This document shows, one piece after another, positions 8,074 to 10,658 of a stretch of 10,658 nt of DNA (the first letter of the stretch is position 1; each line of letters opens with the position of its first letter). The DNA comes from Fidelibacterota bacterium (GTDB lineage: Bacteria > Fidelibacterota > Marinisomatia > Marinisomatales > TCS55). Where the stretch lies: contig JAPNQO010000093.1 of the NCBI GenBank assembly GCA_027251445.1, positions 1 through 10,658 on the forward strand. The letters run 5' to 3'. The position numbers and the translations under genes were made by a program. Below the pieces are notes generated by a model that saw only the letters and a program-made list of their open reading frames with translations, made no database searches and was not told the origin of the DNA.

Positions 8074-9018
8074 TTGAATATGTCCTCGAATGATAAATTT
8101 AAAATTCTGAATTATTTGTTATCAGTTTTAATGCTGATGGTATATTCGTGCGGTCAATTAGAAGTTGCCTCAATAGAGGTAGTAAATCTATTTGACCCAT
8201 CTGATGATCAATATTCACTTCCCGATACTGAAATAGTTGATGGTCCTATTTCTGGTATGACTCTTGATTCTTCATCAACATATTTTACTTGGCAGCATAG
8301 CGATCCAGCTTATCATTATGATCCTACACATGAAGTAGACTACGCAGAGAGAATAAATTATCGATATCGATTAAATTCTTCATGGTCTCCATGGTTTAAT
8401 GGTAATGCCTTAATGGAAAGACAATTTGATTTTTGGAGCTTTGACACTCTAACAGGTTTACATGTATTAGAGCTAGCTTATCTTGAAGATATAAATTATC
8501 AATTAGAAGTAATGTCCAAGTATCCAACAAATATTCAGGAAGAGAACTGGCCAAATATTTCATTTTCGGTTGACGTCTATGATGGAACAGAGCTTTTGAT
8601 TTCACCCGGGCAAGTTTTTGCTGATTCTGGCGGAGTATTTTATGTAAATGCAAAACTAATTGATGTAACAGATTTCATGGGCATGCATTTAGAAGTCTTT
8701 TATGATAATAGCTTTATGCAATTACAAAATTATTATTTAGAAAGTGATTCTTCTGATTTCCTTTTACAAAGCTCAGGTCAGGTAATTAATTTTGTTGAAA
8801 ATGATCCCCAAAGCGGACATTTTCAAATTGATCTTGGTATTGCTGGTGGATCTGTCACTGGAGTGTCAGGGACTGGTAATATAATTCGATTTGTATTTGA
8901 ACATATTGGAGAAGTTGGTCAACGTCAAATTATCATCTCATCTGAAAGTAATGTTCGCGATGTATACAATAATTCAGTTGTTGAGCATATTTTTCCTGGA
9001 GTGGTTTCCATATGGTAA
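8074..9018 (+). CDS. Lipoprotein with Ig/FN3-like middle domain and C-terminal cohesin-like domain (start TTG 8074, or ATG 8080)
   Basis: Hydrophobic signal ending in lipobox-like VYS|C26, then NLFDP. Middle region PDTEIVDGP...YFTW...YRYRL...WSPW. C-terminal cohesin pattern LLISP...FYVNAKL.DV..FMG..LEVFYD...GVSGTGNIIRFVF...GVVSI. Confidence 0.82.
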   Translation: MNMSSNDKFKILNYLLSVLMLMVYSCGQLEVASIEVVNLFDPSDDQYSLPDTEIVDGPISGMTLDSSSTYFTWQHSDPAYHYDPTHEVDYAERINYRYRLNSSWSPWFNGNALMERQFDFWSFDTLTGLHVLELAYLEDINYQLEVMSKYPTNIQEENWPNISFSVDVYDGTELLISPGQVFADSGGVFYVNAKLIDVTDFMGMHLEVFYDNSFMQLQNYYLESDSSDFLLQSSGQVINFVENDPQSGHFQIDLGIAGGSVTGVSGTGNIIRFVFEHIGEVGQRQIIISSESNVRDVYNNSVVEHIFPGVVSIW

Positions 9019-10658
9019 GAAACCTCTCACATAAAATTTTTACTATTTTATTGTTTATAAGTCTTTTTTCGGTAAATCTTTTTGCTATACCAGCTTTTAC
9101 TGAAAATATCGTTTCATCTTTAGCAGATGGTGTTTGGGGTGTACATGTTACAGATGTAGATGGGGATGGAGATTTAGATATTATACGAGCATCATTATAT
9201 GATGATACGGTAGCCTGGTATGAAAATACTGGAAATGGATATACTGGGCATGTCATTACTTCTTCAGCAAATGGAGCCATAGCAGTCTATGCTGAAGATG
9301 TTGATTCCGATGGAGATATGGATGTTTTAAGTGCTAATTATTATGAGGCGAAAATTGTTTGGTATGAAAATAATGGTTCACAATCGTTTACTGCCCATAC
9401 GATATCTTCTTCTATGTCCTATGCATATGATGTATATGCAGCAGATATTGATCAGGATGGGGATATGGATGTTGTTGGATCCGCATATAATAGTGACCAG
9501 GTTGTTTGGTTTGAAAATAATGGATCACAAACATTCACGGCTCGGACTATCTCAACCACTGCAGATGGAGCAACCTCCGTATATGTGGAAGATGTTGATA
9601 GTGATGGGGATATGGATATTTTGTCAGCTTCCATTAATGATGATGAAATAGCCTGGTACGAAAATGATGGATCTGAAGATTTTACTAGTCGCACTATAAC
9701 TACAGGTGCAAATGGAGCCAATACAGTTTTTGCAATTGATGTTGATAGTGATGGAGATATGGATGTTCTCTCTTCTTCATCCTATGATGATAAGATAGCC
9801 TGGTATGAAAATAATGGATCACAAACATTCACGCCCCGGACCATCTCAACTACTGCAGATGGAGCATTTGATCTATATGCCTTAGACTTTGATCAGGATG
9901 GTGATGTAGACGTTTTATCTTCATCCATGTATGATCATGAAATCACATTATATGAAAATAATGGGAGCCAAACTTTTACGGCTTACGTCATAGGAACTGC
10001 TGTAAATGGTACCCGATCAGTGTATGCTGGAGATATGGATAATGATGGAGATACTGATATTATTGCTACTGCATTAAATGATGATGAAGTAATTGTATAT
10101 ACAAATGAAACATCTGGTTTGGCAACTGCTTCATTTGTCTCCAACACTATTACAACAGCTGCAGATGGAGCGCAATCAGTTTTTTCAATTGATGTTGATA
10201 GTGATGGTGATATGGATATTATATCTGCATCTTATTATGATGATAAGATTGCCTGGTATAAGAATAATGGTGCTATAAATCCTACATTTACATCTATAAA
10301 TATTTCTACTAACGCTGATGGTGCTACTTCTGTTTTTGCTGCAGATATGGATAATGATGGCGACATAGATATTATTTCATCATCTGGAGATGATGATGTC
10401 ATTGCCTGGTATGAGAATGATGGAGCTACAAATCCTTCGTGGAGTGCTGCAGATATAGCTACCAGCGCAGATGGCGCTTATTCTGTTTTTGCTGCAGATA
10501 TGGATAATGATGGCGATATGGATATTGTTTCTGCCTCAGCAAATGATGATGCCATTGCCTGGTATGAGAATGATGGAGCTGCAAATCCTTCGTGGAGTGC
10601 TGCAGATATAGCTACCAGCGCAGATGGCGCTTATTCTGTTTTTGCTGCAGATATGGAT
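9012..10658 (+). CDS. Secreted FG-GAP/VCBS repeat beta-propeller protein (putative adhesin), 3'-truncated; at least 549 aa
   Basis: Translated by hand because it is absent from the ORF track (no stop in the window). ATG 9012 overlaps the upstream stop (ATGGTAA). Signal peptide MVRNLSHKIFTILLFISLFSVNLFA. Ten full repeats and one partial repeat of about 49-51 aa with DxDxDGDxD...WYEN. The frame is open to the last base. Confidence 0.95.
   Translation, partial: MVRNLSHKIFTILLFISLFSVNLFAIPAFTENIVSSLADGVWGVHVTDVDGDGDLDIIRASLYDDTVAWYENTGNGYTGHVITSSANGAIAVYAEDVDSDGDMDVLSANYYEAKIVWYENNGSQSFTAHTISSSMSYAYDVYAADIDQDGDMDVVGSAYNSDQVVWFENNGSQTFTARTISTTADGATSVYVEDVDSDGDMDILSASINDDEIAWYENDGSEDFTSRTITTGANGANTVFAIDVDSDGDMDVLSSSSYDDKIAWYENNGSQTFTPRTISTTADGAFDLYALDFDQDGDVDVLSSSMYDHEITLYENNGSQTFTAYVIGTAVNGTRSVYAGDMDNDGDTDIIATALNDDEVIVYTNETSGLATASFVSNTITTAADGAQSVFSIDVDSDGDMDIISASYYDDKIAWYKNNGAINPTFTSINISTNADGATSVFAADMDNDGDIDIISSSGDDDVIAWYENDGATNPSWSAADIATSADGAYSVFAADMDNDGDMDIVSASANDDAIAWYENDGAANPSWSAADIATSADGAYSVFAADMD
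9512..9866 (+). repeat. 61-bp intragenic direct repeat pair with a 294-bp (two-blade) offset
   Basis: 9512-9572 vs 9806-9866 match at 57/61 nt (TGAAAATAATGGATCACAAACATTCACG...ACTGCAGATGGAGCA). Confidence 0.9.
10328..10658 (+). repeat. Near-identical 153-bp-period intragenic tandem repeat (51-aa FG-GAP blades)
   Basis: 10400-10505 vs 10553-10658 match at 105/106 nt (A10428/G10581 differs). 10328-10363 is identical to 10481-10516. Confidence 0.95.

Noticed and set aside
1244..8653. Short alternative-frame or antisense ORFs (1244..1582, 2288..2473, 4730..4942, 5617..5799, 5744..5980, 6997..7203, 8396..8653)
   Set aside because: They are fully nested in long, well-supported CDSs and show no recognisable motifs.
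8933..10278. ORFs 8933..9280 (-), 9331..9651 (+), 9452..9721 (-), 10093..10278 (+)
   Set aside because: They are shadows of the real FG-GAP reading frame starting at 9012; their periodicity mirrors its repeats.
10328..10658. CRISPR array or DGR template/variable repeat
   Set aside because: The repeats are in-frame coding units with a period divisible by 3, unlike short CRISPR repeats with spacers. The single A/G difference in the long block is not a pattern of adenine-specific mutagenesis, and there is no cas or RT gene in the window.

Overview
This is AT-rich bacterial DNA with all real features on the + strand; the lineage is plausibly FCB group, e.g. Marinimicrobia-like (inference only). 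The window opens with the 3' end of an rRNA operon (23S end, 5S, intrinsic terminator). A tightly packed four-gene unit follows: a secreted beta-sandwich protein, a periplasmic FecR-domain protein, a large outer-membrane beta-barrel protein and a CHASE2 class III adenylate cyclase. A second, overlapping gene pair encodes a cohesin-domain lipoprotein and a secreted FG-GAP repeat beta-propeller protein; the latter is missing from the ORF track and runs off the window end. Both units are preceded by CRP-family boxes (TGTGA-N6-TCACA): a 9/10 match at 708-723 and a perfect match at 8014-8029, the latter centred at -41.5 relative to a TAAATT -10 candidate. Together these suggest a trans-envelope cAMP signalling module with probable autoregulation that controls an adjacent surface adhesin/scaffold pair. 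This model is inferred, and no CRP gene is present in the window.
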